Source: Alphaproteobacteria bacterium
GTDB lineage: Bacteria; Pseudomonadota; Alphaproteobacteria; UBA828
DNA: 64,000 nucleotides
Reading direction: 5' to 3'
Assembly: GCA_965220745.1 (NCBI GenBank)
Contig: CBDCQT010000012.1
Coordinates: 160,001 to 224,000 of the forward strand
How positions within the stretch are numbered: the stretch's first letter is position 1; every line of letters starts with the position of its first letter. A program made the translations under genes and the position numbers. Below are positions 10,566 to 20,303 of the stretch, piece after piece. The notes beneath the pieces were generated by a model. The model was given only the letters and a program-made list of their open reading frames with translations. It ran no database searches and was not told the DNA's origin.

Positions 10566-10725
10566 TCTCCGAGTGACCCATGTAGTGCCACGTCTTGAAG
10601 AAGATCGCTTCCTTTTCCCGCTCGAATATGGCGGGGTCGTGATACCAGGATGCCGGGAGCGTGTAAGAGAGCTCGGGGTTCAGGCTGAAGGTCCTCTTGA
10701 GTTCGAGTGCCGACACGTCGTTCAT
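10566..10725 (-). pseudogene. 5' fragment of a second Rieske oxygenase alpha subunit
   Basis: SYTLPASWYHDPAIFEREKEAIFFKTWHYMGH is paralogous to the upstream gene's N-terminus. It breaks into IS630 sequence. Confidence 0.8.
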
Positions 10726-10780
10726 CGGGGACCTTCCTTGACGTTTCTGCAGCAGGGCGCGGCTTCTGCCCCCCTTGCAG

Positions 10781-11935
10781 CTAGTCCGGGTCGTTGAGAG
10801 CCTTCCACACCATGTGCTCGAAGTGGTGCACGCCGTGCTCGCTGCGCCAGCTGTCGAAGTCGTCCACCACGAAACGGCCCTGCTTGTAGCCGCGCGACTT
10901 CACGCCGCGCTGCACCGCGCGGATGATGGCGATGTCCTGCTCGTTGACCACGTCGCTGTGGTACTTGATTACCTCTTCCTCCTTCTCGGAGGGCGGGTTC
11001 GAGCGGAAATAGTAGTCGAGCGACTCGAAGGTCTGCTCCGGCCCGGTGGGATGGACCTGGAAGACTATGAAGTTGCTCGACGGCGGCCAGGCCATGAAGA
11101 GCGTGTTGGGCCAGAGCGCCCAGATGTAGCCGTCCACCATGTCGGCCTGGCATGGATTGAAGCCGTAGGCCCGGTTCTCCGGCCGCGCCTTGTAGACGAT
11201 GTGGCTCGAATAGTAGGGCCGCACCATGTTCTTCCAACGCTCGGTCTCGAAGAGAGACGTCGCCGAGCCCATGAACTCCGGGTGGGCGTAGGGGCAGTGA
11301 TAGCACTCGGCGAAATTGCCGATCGCGATCTTCCAGTTGACGTCGAGATCGAAGGGGTCCTTGCGACAGAGAAGGAGGTCGTCGTAGTCGGGAACCGCGT
11401 CGCGGAACTCGTCGACGATCGAGCCGGCCATGCTCTCGAGCGAGGGCGCGTCCGGATCCATGTTGATGAACACCATGTGGGTGCCGAATTCCTCGACCTG
11501 CATCTCCGGCAGGCAGAAGTCTGCTGGATCGAAGTTCATCATCAGCTCCGCGCCATTCGCGTTCTTCAGCGAGCCATCGGTGTTGAAAGTCCAGTTGTGA
11601 TAGGGGCAGACCAGCGTCTTGCGGTTGCCGACGCCGTTGTCCATCAGGCTCGCGCCGCGGTGGGGGCAGACGTTGTAGAAGGCGCGCAGCACGCCGTCCA
11701 TGCCGCGCACCACGATGATGTCCTGATCGATCACCGTCGTCGCGACAAAGCTGCCTGGCTCCGCGACCTCCGATGCATGGGCCGCGAACAGCCAGTTCTG
11801 ATAGAATATCTTCTCCTTCTCCTGCGCGAGAATCGCCGGGTCGTAATAGTAATGGCCCGGCAGGGTGCAGCTGTCGCGGGCGTCCCTATTGAACGGCACT
11901 GCCGGCTGAAGAACGGGCGCGGGTCCGATGGGCAT
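10781..11935 (-). CDS. Rieske non-heme iron oxygenase alpha subunit (choline/carnitine/betaine monooxygenase-like)
   Basis: Rieske motif CPHRG...CPYHNW; iron motif NFAECYHCPYAHP; EQDIAI; EHGVHHF. ATG 11935 with a GAAGGAG RBS. Confidence 0.9.
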   Translation of the reverse strand: MPIGPAPVLQPAVPFNRDARDSCTLPGHYYYDPAILAQEKEKIFYQNWLFAAHASEVAEPGSFVATTVIDQDIIVVRGMDGVLRAFYNVCPHRGASLMDNGVGNRKTLVCPYHNWTFNTDGSLKNANGAELMMNFDPADFCLPEMQVEEFGTHMVFINMDPDAPSLESMAGSIVDEFRDAVPDYDDLLLCRKDPFDLDVNWKIAIGNFAECYHCPYAHPEFMGSATSLFETERWKNMVRPYYSSHIVYKARPENRAYGFNPCQADMVDGYIWALWPNTLFMAWPPSSNFIVFQVHPTGPEQTFESLDYYFRSNPPSEKEEEVIKYHSDVVNEQDIAIIRAVQRGVKSRGYKQGRFVVDDFDSWRSEHGVHHFEHMVWKALNDPD

Positions 11936-12065
11936 GACACTCTCCTTCAATCGCTTTCGCCAGTCGCTCACGCTGAGGGGTGGCACAGGCGAGGGGCCGG
12001 GGCCTCGGCACCCGGTGGCGCTCGGTGCCGGTGGCCCCGTCCCGCTCTCGCGTTACTCGCCGGTT

Positions 12066-13166
12066 TCAGTTCCCGTAGCGGCTCCAGTCCTCTTCGAAGC
12101 CCTCCGCGTAAAGGTCGCCGATGATCGTGCAGTCGATGCCGCGCTCTGGCGGGACCGCCTGTTCCATGTAACCGAACTTCACCCACCATTCGTTCACGAC
12201 ATTCCACTGCGTCGAGAAATACCCGTTCTCCTGCTCGAAGGGCGGGTCACCGGGCGCCACGCCGCAGAAGGCGGCGGCTTCGGCAAGGGTATAGGGGTAG
12301 ATCTTGTTGTCCGCGAGGGTTCCGGTCTTCCCGATGACGACCTCGACGTCCTCCATCTCGAACTGCAGCGACTTGGCGATGATCTCGTTGCCCTCTTCGG
12401 GATTGTCCTTCCACCACTGCACCGCGTCGTAATAGAGACGCATGACCTGCTTCGCGAGACTGCGCTTCTCTCGGATGAAGTCGGCGTTCATGAACATCGC
12501 ATCGCCCAGCACAGCCAGCTTAAGCCAATAGGGGTCGACCGAGTTGGCGACTTCCTGGGCTCCAGGCAGGTCGCGCAATACGTTGCGCGCCCAAGGTTGC
12601 CAGAACTCGCCGCCGGCGATCTCGCCGCCGACCATCGCGGCCGCCGCCTCGTTCATGATGAGATTAACCCATTGGACCTCGTCGATGCCGACGCCGTTCT
12701 GCTCGAGCCAGGTCGCCATGTAGATCTGCGCGAGACCGCCTTCGAGCACGGCAACCTGCTTGCCCCTGAGCTCCTCGGGGCTCTTGATGTCGGGATGCAG
12801 GATGATCATGTCGACGCCATAGGACACGGTGGAGAGCGCGATCAACTTGACCGGGAGGCCCTGCGCGGCGGTGATCGGCCCCATCTCGACGGTGCTGTTG
12901 ATCACGTCGAGCTCGCCGGTTGCCATCAGCGTGAAGAGCTGATTGGGATCGTCGATAATCGTGTGCTCGAATTCGATGTCGGGCGCCCAACCCAGCTCGT
13001 TCACCATGTAGAAGAAAGTTTGCGCCGGCCAATGGGTATGGCCCACACGCACCACGTCTTTGGCGGAGGCCAAGTTCGAGGCGTCGGCTATGGCGACGAC
13101 GGCGAGCGCCGCGCCAGCCACTACGAGACCAAGTCTCCGTGCAAGGCACTTTATTCCCATTTTCAT
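12066..13166 (-). CDS. ABC transporter substrate-binding protein (SsuA/THI5/NMT1-like)
   Basis: Signal peptide; HWPAQ; IKSPEELRGKQVAV; FWQPW. Confidence 0.85.
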   Translation of the reverse strand: MKMGIKCLARRLGLVVAGAALAVVAIADASNLASAKDVVRVGHTHWPAQTFFYMVNELGWAPDIEFEHTIIDDPNQLFTLMATGELDVINSTVEMGPITAAQGLPVKLIALSTVSYGVDMIILHPDIKSPEELRGKQVAVLEGGLAQIYMATWLEQNGVGIDEVQWVNLIMNEAAAAMVGGEIAGGEFWQPWARNVLRDLPGAQEVANSVDPYWLKLAVLGDAMFMNADFIREKRSLAKQVMRLYYDAVQWWKDNPEEGNEIIAKSLQFEMEDVEVVIGKTGTLADNKIYPYTLAEAAAFCGVAPGDPPFEQENGYFSTQWNVVNEWWVKFGYMEQAVPPERGIDCTIIGDLYAEGFEEDWSRYGN

Positions 13167-13346
13167 GCTCAGCCTCCCGTTTTAGGTTCAATTCTTTGCG
13201 TTTGATGGCAAAAACCATATCGTGGGGATTCTTCGGAAGCAAGCACACTCCGCGCAAGACGGGCGCAGATGCACGCGAAGGCGGGAGATCGAGAACCGCG
13301 ATAGGCGCTCATCGGATGCTGCGGTGAGGGCAGGCGGGAGAGGACC

Positions 13347-13877
13347 ATGACACCCGACGAATACAAGCAGACTGACCTTCTCAACAGCTTCCTCGACGGC
13401 ACGGTGCAGATCTGTGTCGTGACCCACGATCTCGATAAGGCTGTGCGAGCCTATGCCGATCGGCTCGGGATCGGGCCCTGGTGGATCCAGGACGCCGAGC
13501 CGCCGGAGATGATCGAGACGCGGATCCGCGGCGTCGAGACGCCGTTCAGCATGCGCCTCGCCCTCGCCTGGACTGGAGATATGATGTGGGAGATCATCCA
13601 GCCGCTGACGGGGCCGACCGTCTACCAGGAGCACCTTGAGAAGCACGGCGAGGGGGTTCAGCACGCCGCGTTCTCGTTCACGCGCGTCGGCTTCGACGCA
13701 GCGGTCGAGAGTTTCAAAGCACGCGGCTTCGAGCCGATCCAGGAATGCAACTGGAATGGCGTCCGGGTGAAGTATTTCGACACGGTGGGCGCAGCCCACA
13801 CGACCTTTGAAATCTACGACTGGCCCGAAGACAAGGCCCTGCCGGAGCCGCAATACTGGTATCCCGCTCCGCCGTGA
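13347..13877 (+). CDS. VOC/glyoxalase family protein (methylmalonyl-CoA epimerase-like)
   Basis: QICVVTHDLDKAV, LGIGPW, EIIQPLTGPTVYQEHLEKHGEGVQH. Confidence 0.85.
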   Translation: MTPDEYKQTDLLNSFLDGTVQICVVTHDLDKAVRAYADRLGIGPWWIQDAEPPEMIETRIRGVETPFSMRLALAWTGDMMWEIIQPLTGPTVYQEHLEKHGEGVQHAAFSFTRVGFDAAVESFKARGFEPIQECNWNGVRVKYFDTVGAAHTTFEIYDWPEDKALPEPQYWYPAPP

Positions 13878-13901
13878 GCCGGACGCGGGCTGCAGGCGCG
13901 G

Positions 13902-14750
13902 TCAGCTGATCTTGCCCTGGATCTCCTCGCGCATCATGGCGAAGAGGACCTGCTCCGTCTCGATATAACCGGGATGACGTAGTAGTTCTTCTTTCTGCTC
14001 GTATCGGCGCCCTTCTTTGAAGTCCATTTGGAGGTCTGCTTTGATCCGTCCAGGCTGGCGCGTGTAAAAGAGAATACGATCAGCGAGATAGATTGCCTCC
14101 TGGATGTCGTGGGTCACCACGATCACCGTCTTGTTCTCGCGTTCGATGATCTCGATGATCATCTCCTCCATTTCCCAGCGGACCTGTGCATCGAGGGCGC
14201 CGAACGGCTCGTCGAGCAAGAGGAGCCTTGGGTTCTGCGCAAGAGTGCGGGCGATCGCGACACGCTGCTTCATGCCCCCCGAAAGTTCTTCGGGATAGGC
14301 GCCACGGAATTTGTCGAGATGCACGACGTCGAGGAAGTGGCGTGCGCGCTCGCGCCGCTCGGCCTTCGGAATCCCCTGCACCTTCATCCCGTATTCGACG
14401 TTCTCCAGCACCGTGAGCCAACGGAATGAGGTGTAAGCCTGGAACACCATGCCGCGGTCGGGGCCAGGGCCCAGCACTGGGTGCCCGTCGACAACGACAC
14501 GACCGCTGGTCGGCAGGTCGAGCCCGGCGATGAGCCTCAGCATGGTGGTCTTGCCGCAGCCGGACGGGCCGATCATGGCCGTGACGCGGCTCTCCTCCAG
14601 GCTGAACGAGATGTCGTCGATCGCCGTGATCGTCCCGCCGAGGAACTCCTTCGTCACCCGCTCGCTCTCGACGATCGCGGACGAATCTCTCGCCTCGACG
14701 GCAAGCCCGTTCTCTCCGTTGCCGCCGCCCCTGTTGCGCTTCCACAGCAT
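13902..14750 (-). CDS. ABC transporter ATP-binding protein (NitT/TauT family)
   Basis: GPSGCGKTT, LSGGMKQR, LLLDEPFGALD, VTHD. Confidence 0.93.
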   Translation of the reverse strand: MLWKRNRGGGNGENGLAVEARDSSAIVESERVTKEFLGGTITAIDDISFSLEESRVTAMIGPSGCGKTTMLRLIAGLDLPTSGRVVVDGHPVLGPGPDRGMVFQAYTSFRWLTVLENVEYGMKVQGIPKAERRERARHFLDVVHLDKFRGAYPEELSGGMKQRVAIARTLAQNPRLLLLDEPFGALDAQVRWEMEEMIIEIIERENKTVIVVTHDIQEAIYLADRILFYTRQPGRIKADLQMDFKEGRRYEQKEELLRHPGYIETEQVLFAMMREEIQGKIS

Positions 14751-14758
14751 CCCGTCGC

Positions 14759-15658
14759 TTAGCCCCGCCGGCGGAAGTTGTACGGAAACATGAGGCGGCT
14801 CGCGAGCCGAAACGCGATGTCGGTGAGGATGCCGAGGACGCCAATGGTCAGGATGCCGGCCATGATCACGTCGACGTGGAGGAAGCGCCCGGCCCGCATC
14901 ATTACGGCGCCGATGCCGTCGGTGGCGGCGACGATCTCGGCAACCACGAGATAGGTCCAGCCGATTGCCGCGAGGCTCCGAAGCGAGTCCATGATGGTGG
15001 GCGCCGAGTACTTCCAGACGACATCGAATACGACCCGCCAGCGCCCGGCGCCCATGGTGAGCGATGATTCGACCAGCTCATCGGGCACAGAGAGCACGTT
15101 GTCCAGGATGACCACCATGAGGAACCAGAAGCACCCGAGGAACAGGAGCGCCATCTTCGCCGAGTCGCCGGCACCGAACCAGATGAGCAGCAGCGGCACG
15201 AATGCAACCGCCGGCAGGTAGCGCCAGCCGGCCACGGTCGGGCCGATCAGCGCCCGCAGGCGGGCGAAGCAGCCCATCAATACGCCGATCGGAACGGCGA
15301 TCAGGCAGGCCAGAAAGTAGCTCACGTAGATTCGGAAGATGCTCTTGCCGATATCACCGATGAATCCCTTCTCGGCCAGCAGCTCGTAGAGCGTGACGAT
15401 CACCGTGCCCGGAGAGGGCAAGAAGCGCTGCTGCGCCGCGGGCGTCGTCAGGTGGCCGATCTCCCATATCACGAAGAAGATGACGACGCCGACGATGCCG
15501 TAGAGGATCGCCTTCTTCTGCGAGAGGCGCGAGCGCAACTCCAGAAACCGTTCTCGGGGCTTCGGGAGCTTCGGGACTTCCGCCTCGGCCGCGCTCGGAG
15601 TGCTCCCGCCGGCCAGGGTCGTCGGTCGTTCGCGCGCTGCCGACGCTCTTTCGTCCAT
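14759..15658 (-). CDS. ABC transporter permease (NitT/TauT family)
   Basis: FLPSPGTV, RYLPAVAFVPLLLIWFG, EAA-like loop ESSLTMGA, WTYLVVAE. Confidence 0.92.
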   Translation of the reverse strand: MDERASAARERPTTLAGGSTPSAAEAEVPKLPKPRERFLELRSRLSQKKAILYGIVGVVIFFVIWEIGHLTTPAAQQRFLPSPGTVIVTLYELLAEKGFIGDIGKSIFRIYVSYFLACLIAVPIGVLMGCFARLRALIGPTVAGWRYLPAVAFVPLLLIWFGAGDSAKMALLFLGCFWFLMVVILDNVLSVPDELVESSLTMGAGRWRVVFDVVWKYSAPTIMDSLRSLAAIGWTYLVVAEIVAATDGIGAVMMRAGRFLHVDVIMAGILTIGVLGILTDIAFRLASRLMFPYNFRRRG

Positions 15659-15686
15659 GATCGCTAAGGCGCTGAATTCATCGCAT

Positions 15687-15709
15687 TATTGATTGTTCGT
15701 AAATCAGTA
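15687..15709. promoter_or_regulatory. palindromic operator candidate (TetR/BetI-like)
   Basis: TATTGATT-N7-AATCAGTA (7/8 inverted repeat), AT-rich, about 30 bp upstream of the permease start. Confidence 0.5.
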
Positions 15710-15735
15710 TATCATGCGCAGACCCGCGGTCGAGA

Positions 15736-16629
15736 TCACGGCGGGCGAGCGGCCCGGCGGTTCCGATACAGTTGGTAGGCGGAATGACCGGCGAGCGTGG
15801 CCAGAACCACAATACCGCCGACAACGGTGAGCAGCGGTGGCTCCTCGCTCAGCACAAGCCAGACCCAGAGCGTGCCGAGCACGGTCTCGAGCAGCATGAG
15901 CAGGCCTACCTCGGGCGCTGGCAGATAGCGCGGCCCGAGCGTGATAAGCGCGAACGAGACGGGCAGGACGAAGAGCCCCATGGCGGCGATGTAGCCCGCG
16001 CTGCCCCAGGCGGCATCGAGCGGCGCGGCAACACCGAGGACAGCGAGACCTGAGCTCAGGCTGCCGAGCGCCGTCGCAGGGATCAGGTTAACCTCCCGCG
16101 CCGCGCGCAGGACCACGAACATGCCCGCAAGCGTGATCGAGACGAACACCGCTGCGATGTCGCCGAGGAGCGTTCCGCGGCCGACGCCGTCCCACACGAC
16201 GATGGCGATGCCAGCAAAGGCGAGGAAGATGACGATCCAGAGCTCGAGGCTCACCCGCTCTCGCAGGAAGATCCAGCTGAGCAGCGCCGCGATGACCGGC
16301 GCGGTCGCGTAGATCACGAGGGTGTTCGCGACTCCCGTGTTCGAGATGGCGACCACGAAGAGAATGCCGTTGGCGCCAAACAGCAGTGCCACAGCGAGCC
16401 CGGCCCAGCCGATGCCGAGGAACGCGCGAATCGTCGCACGCCGGTAAACGATCGCGATGCCGAGCATGAGAGCGAGGCCCATTGCCAAGCCGCGCCAGAA
16501 GGTAGCCGTCCAGACGTCGAGGTCGGCGAGGCGCAGCAGGAGCGTGTCGGGTGTCAGCACCAGCACGCCGGTTCCGGTCATCAGGAGACCGCGCGTGTGG
16601 GTCGGCAAACCGGTTGAGCGGTTTTTCAC
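15736..16629 (-). CDS. DMT/EamA family transporter
   Basis: About 10 hydrophobic segments; LSWIFLRERVS, PRYLPAPEVGLLMLLETVLG. Confidence 0.9.
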   Translation of the reverse strand: MKNRSTGLPTHTRGLLMTGTGVLVLTPDTLLLRLADLDVWTATFWRGLAMGLALMLGIAIVYRRATIRAFLGIGWAGLAVALLFGANGILFVVAISNTGVANTLVIYATAPVIAALLSWIFLRERVSLELWIVIFLAFAGIAIVVWDGVGRGTLLGDIAAVFVSITLAGMFVVLRAAREVNLIPATALGSLSSGLAVLGVAAPLDAAWGSAGYIAAMGLFVLPVSFALITLGPRYLPAPEVGLLMLLETVLGTLWVWLVLSEEPPLLTVVGGIVVLATLAGHSAYQLYRNRRAARPP

Positions 16630-16716
16630 TGTCGATGTCGCCGCGCCGAGACCGGTCGCTCCCTTGCTGTTGCCGCGCTCCCCCCGCGATCGCGCCGTCT
16701 GGCCCGCATCGCCTCC

Positions 16717-16836
16717 CTAGACCAGGCCGTCCTCACCGACGGCGGCGACGGCGACCTTGCGAAGCGGCGGGTCCAATTCCCGCCCGCCCTCGCTGAACGT
16801 GCTCTCCCGGAATGTCAGGATGCTCCTTACCTTCAT
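16717..16836 (-). pseudogene. 5' fragment of an amino-acid-synthesis family (DUF1185-like) gene
   Basis: MKVRSILTFRESTFSEGGRELDPPLRKVAVAAV, followed by a premature end. Confidence 0.6.
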
Positions 16837-16870
16837 GCCAGGCAGTCTCCCTCGCGCGTCCGGCTCGCCG

Positions 16871-17445
16871 CTATCTGGCGGTCGCGGGGGAGGTTCCTTT
16901 CGCCTCCGCGGCGGCCGAAACGGTGTCGTTGCCCTCGAGAAAGGCATTCGGGATGCACTCGGCGCCGTCCCAGTCGTAGGTCCGGAAGTTGTGCCCTCTC
17001 GTGATGAACTGGGCACCGTTATAGAACATTCGTACTGGGTGTGCCGGCTCGCGAACTCCGATCCGACCGCGTCCCACGCCAGCTTGAGGAATTTCATCCG
17101 GTCGTAGGCGTCCTCGCCCTCCCGCGCCGAGACCAGCGCGGTGTCGAACAGCGCGACCAGCTCGGGATCGGCGAGATCGGCGGTCGACGAGGGCAGCATG
17201 ATCAGCCTAACACCCGCGAGCTCCCGGATCTCGGTGATGAACGTCGGGTAGAACTCCTGCGTAGAGGACGTGGCGGCGTAGAGGAGCCTCCGGTTCGGCA
17301 CGAAATACTTGCCGCGCCGGATTCCGGCCGCCTTCATCCCGTGGAGAAGGCCCTCCGCCACGCCGATCTGCGACGCCATCTGGCCCAGCCTCTCGTGCAC
17401 GGCGGGCATCCTGATGGTGCCCACGGTCTCCGTGATCCGCATTGA
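16871..17445 (-). pseudogene. 3' fragment of a 4-hydroxyphenylacetate 3-hydroxylase (HpaB) family monooxygenase, frameshifted
   Basis: IRELAGVRLIMLPSS, DRMKFLKLAWDAVGSEFASRHTQYE|MFYNGA. One base is lost near 17030, and the N-terminal part is missing. Confidence 0.82.
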
Positions 17446-17448
17446 GCC

Positions 17449-17712
17449 TTGGGAAAAAAGAACCGAGCGAAGCAGGATAATGCCTACCTCGTAACTGAGA
17501 TGGTTTCTATACTGTACGAGCAACAAGGGCCAGCAACCATTGTCCTTATGACTGGTGATGCAGATTATGCGCCTCCTCTGGAAAAGGCCTTGATGATGGG
17601 ATGGAGAACAGAAGTTGCATTTATCGACCGAGGAATCTCACAGGCGCTGGAGCCCATCTCTCATGAAATTCGTGAAATTAGACCGAACGAAATAGAGCTG
17701 ATGCAGTTTTGA
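17449..17712 (+). pseudogene. NYN/LabA (PIN-like) domain protein, C-terminal fragment
   Basis: AKQDNAYL...IVLMTGDADYAPPLEKALMMGWRTEV; low-GC patch; the 5' part is missing. Confidence 0.65.
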
Positions 17713-18687
17713 GTTTCGCCATCAACGAATCCTGTCCAAGCTACCATACCGCCAGCGCGACGTGAGCGGCTCGCAGGTCCACCCGTTTGGCGAGCGGCGC
17801 AAGGCGAGAAAAACGCGGTCTTTAACTTAGACCGCGGCCGTGCCCTTGCCACCGTGGACCGATGGTTCCGCGCACCATTGGTGGCGCAACAGGGCCAGCG
17901 GCTCGAGCACCTCTTCCGAAATACTCAGCAAGTCGATCAGGACGGCGCGGTCGAGCGCCTGCCGGGTTTCGTCCTGCCACGCTTCGTTAGCCGGCAATAG
18001 CTCTTGTTCCCGAAACTCCGCGAAGATGTCGTCGGCACGGTCCAACTGCGGCGGAGTGAGGCTAGTCGGGTTGAGCACGGTGAGGGCCGGCAACTTCGAG
18101 ATCGTGAGCATGGCCCGACCCTGTTGCTGACGGGTACCGATCCACCAGAATAAAATACAACCGAGGGTCGTGTTGGCCCAAAGAACGAGCGGCACTTCCC
18201 AGCGCCGATCTGCGCACAGGAAGTTTGGCCAAGCCCTGCCTCCAATCGTTGGTTCGGGTGTAAGGCACGCTGCCAGCGGTTGGGAGTTGATGCGGAAATC
18301 GCGATTGAAATGCAGCCGTGAAGCTGTCCGTTGCCATGCTTCGTTGGCGCGGTGATCGCATTCCGGCCGAACCTCCCCGGCACTGTCCGGAAGGACGATC
18401 ATCCGTGTTTCGCGGATAGCATCGTGAGACCACAGGGCGGGCCACGTGGGAACGTGCCCAGGCTGCAAGTCAATAATGTCAAATGGTCCGCGAGGAAAGC
18501 CGGAGCTATTGCGTTCAATACCCGAAATGTCCATGTGGTAGAGCCCGCGATTTCCCAGATCGGCAAGAGTGGCGACTCGTACAGGTATCGCATTACCCAA
18601 CCTGGGCAGTCGAAGCTCGCCTTGCGCCAGCCCCCTAGCGGCCTGCACCACGCTTGCATCGCGAAGGCCCGCGCAGCCGGTGTCTAA

Positions 18688-20303
18688 CCCGACTTATTCA
18701 TGGAGAACCTTGCGGTTGAGGCTCGGTTATCGGGTCGCGTCGGGACCTGACGCGGTTTGGCGCCGGGATCTGAGGATGATGGTCGTTATTGGGTTGAGGG
18801 TTGAACGAGCCTGGGTGATTGGGGCACGCCGCCCCGTCGCTCAGGGGCCTGCTGCGGCGAGACGGCCTGCGAGCAGGCGGAAGAGAGCGGCGTCCGGGCA
18901 GGCCGAGGCGAAGTGGATGCGGACGCGGGTGGCCTTCTCGATGACGCGGGCGCCGATCTTGAGGAGGCGCAGCCTCAGGGTTGCGAACTCTGCACGGGCG
19001 AGCGGCGCCGTGCGGGGAATGGCATCGCGGAGCGCGAGCATCAGCCAGTAGGCTGCAGTGTGCAGGACCAGCCTGAGCTGGTTGGCGCGCGGGCTCTGGC
19101 AGGAGGTTCGGTCCGAGGCGAGCTGGCCCTTGTGCATCTTGATCAGGTTCTCGGCCTGGCCTCGGGCGCAGTAGATGTCTTCGTAGAGATGGCGGGGCTC
19201 GCCCTTGAGCGAGGTGACGATATAGCGCGCGTCGAAGCCGCGCGTCGTCGCCTCCAGCCGAGCCACGACCCGGCGTTCGCGGCCCCAGGAGCCGGCGGCG
19301 TAGTCGAAGGCGGCGACGCTGCGCATCCTGTCCGCGCCGGCCTTGGCGCGGCGCACCCGGACGTCGTCGGCCACGTCGTATGCAAGCGCGTGCAGCGCCC
19401 GATTGCCGGCGAGGCCGAAGATGTAGTCGACGCCGTTCTGCTCGCACCAGGCCATGGCTTGCGGGCGGCCGTAGTGCGCATCTCCCCGGAAGACGATCCG
19501 GGTGTGCGGCCAGTGGCGGCGGATGCGGCGGACCAGGTGCTTGATGAGAGTGCGGACCTCGGGCCCCGACGGCGTCTTGCCCGGGCGCAGGAGGACCGCC
19601 ACCGGCTTGCCGCTTTCCACATGGTAGACGTGGACGGGCAGGAAGCAGCGGGTGTCGTAATGAGCGTTGAACAGCGACAGCTGCTGGTGCCCGTGCACGG
19701 CATCGCAGGTGTCGTCGATATCGAGCGTGATGGCGGCAGGTGGGGCTGAGAAGGAGCGGCAGAAGAGATCGACCAGGGCGGCCGTCATGCGCGCCACCTC
19801 GATGCGAGACGGCGCGTTCTCCAGGCGGCTCATGGTGGGCTGGGAACAGAGGTCGCCCCCGCTCTCCGGCGCCCGGCCTGAGGCCAGCTTGAACAGCGGG
19901 TCCGCGCGCAGCGCGTCGCAGTCGTCGGCATCCTCGTAACCGCAGGCGATGGCCAGCATGCGAAAGCGCAGCATGGCCGAGAGCGAGTGGACCACCTGCG
20001 CCTGATTGCGCCGGTCGCGGATACAGCCCGCCAGGGTCTCGGCGAGACGCAAGCGGCGTTCCGCCTCGCGCAACAGGACCAGGCCGCCGTCAGACGAGAT
20101 CAGGCCGCCGTCGAAGGCGGCGCTCACCCTCTTGCGTTGGACGCTTGGCAGATCGAAGGGGAGAAGGCTATCGTCGGTCATGGCGGGCGTGGCTTTTTCG
20201 TTGTTCGGAGAGGAAGACGCCTCGACAACGAATTCCTACCCGATGGCAACGGCTTACGCTACGTCCGCCACCCCAAAATCAGACCCGCCACGAATAATCC
20301 GGG
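18688..20303 (-). mobile_element. IS1380-family insertion sequence (1616 bp)
   Basis: Terminal IRs CCCGACTTATTCATGG / CCCGGATTATTCGTGG (13/16); CTAA duplication at 18684-18687 and 20304-20307. Confidence 0.93.
18841..20181 (-). CDS. IS1380-family transposase
   Basis: FDGGLISSDGG, GYEDADD, SQPTMSRLEN, LDIDDT, RGDAHY, YCARGQAENLIK; intact. Confidence 0.95.
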   Translation of the reverse strand: MTDDSLLPFDLPSVQRKRVSAAFDGGLISSDGGLVLLREAERRLRLAETLAGCIRDRRNQAQVVHSLSAMLRFRMLAIACGYEDADDCDALRADPLFKLASGRAPESGGDLCSQPTMSRLENAPSRIEVARMTAALVDLFCRSFSAPPAAITLDIDDTCDAVHGHQQLSLFNAHYDTRCFLPVHVYHVESGKPVAVLLRPGKTPSGPEVRTLIKHLVRRIRRHWPHTRIVFRGDAHYGRPQAMAWCEQNGVDYIFGLAGNRALHALAYDVADDVRVRRAKAGADRMRSVAAFDYAAGSWGRERRVVARLEATTRGFDARYIVTSLKGEPRHLYEDIYCARGQAENLIKMHKGQLASDRTSCQSPRANQLRLVLHTAAYWLMLALRDAIPRTAPLARAEFATLRLRLLKIGARVIEKATRVRIHFASACPDAALFRLLAGRLAAAGP

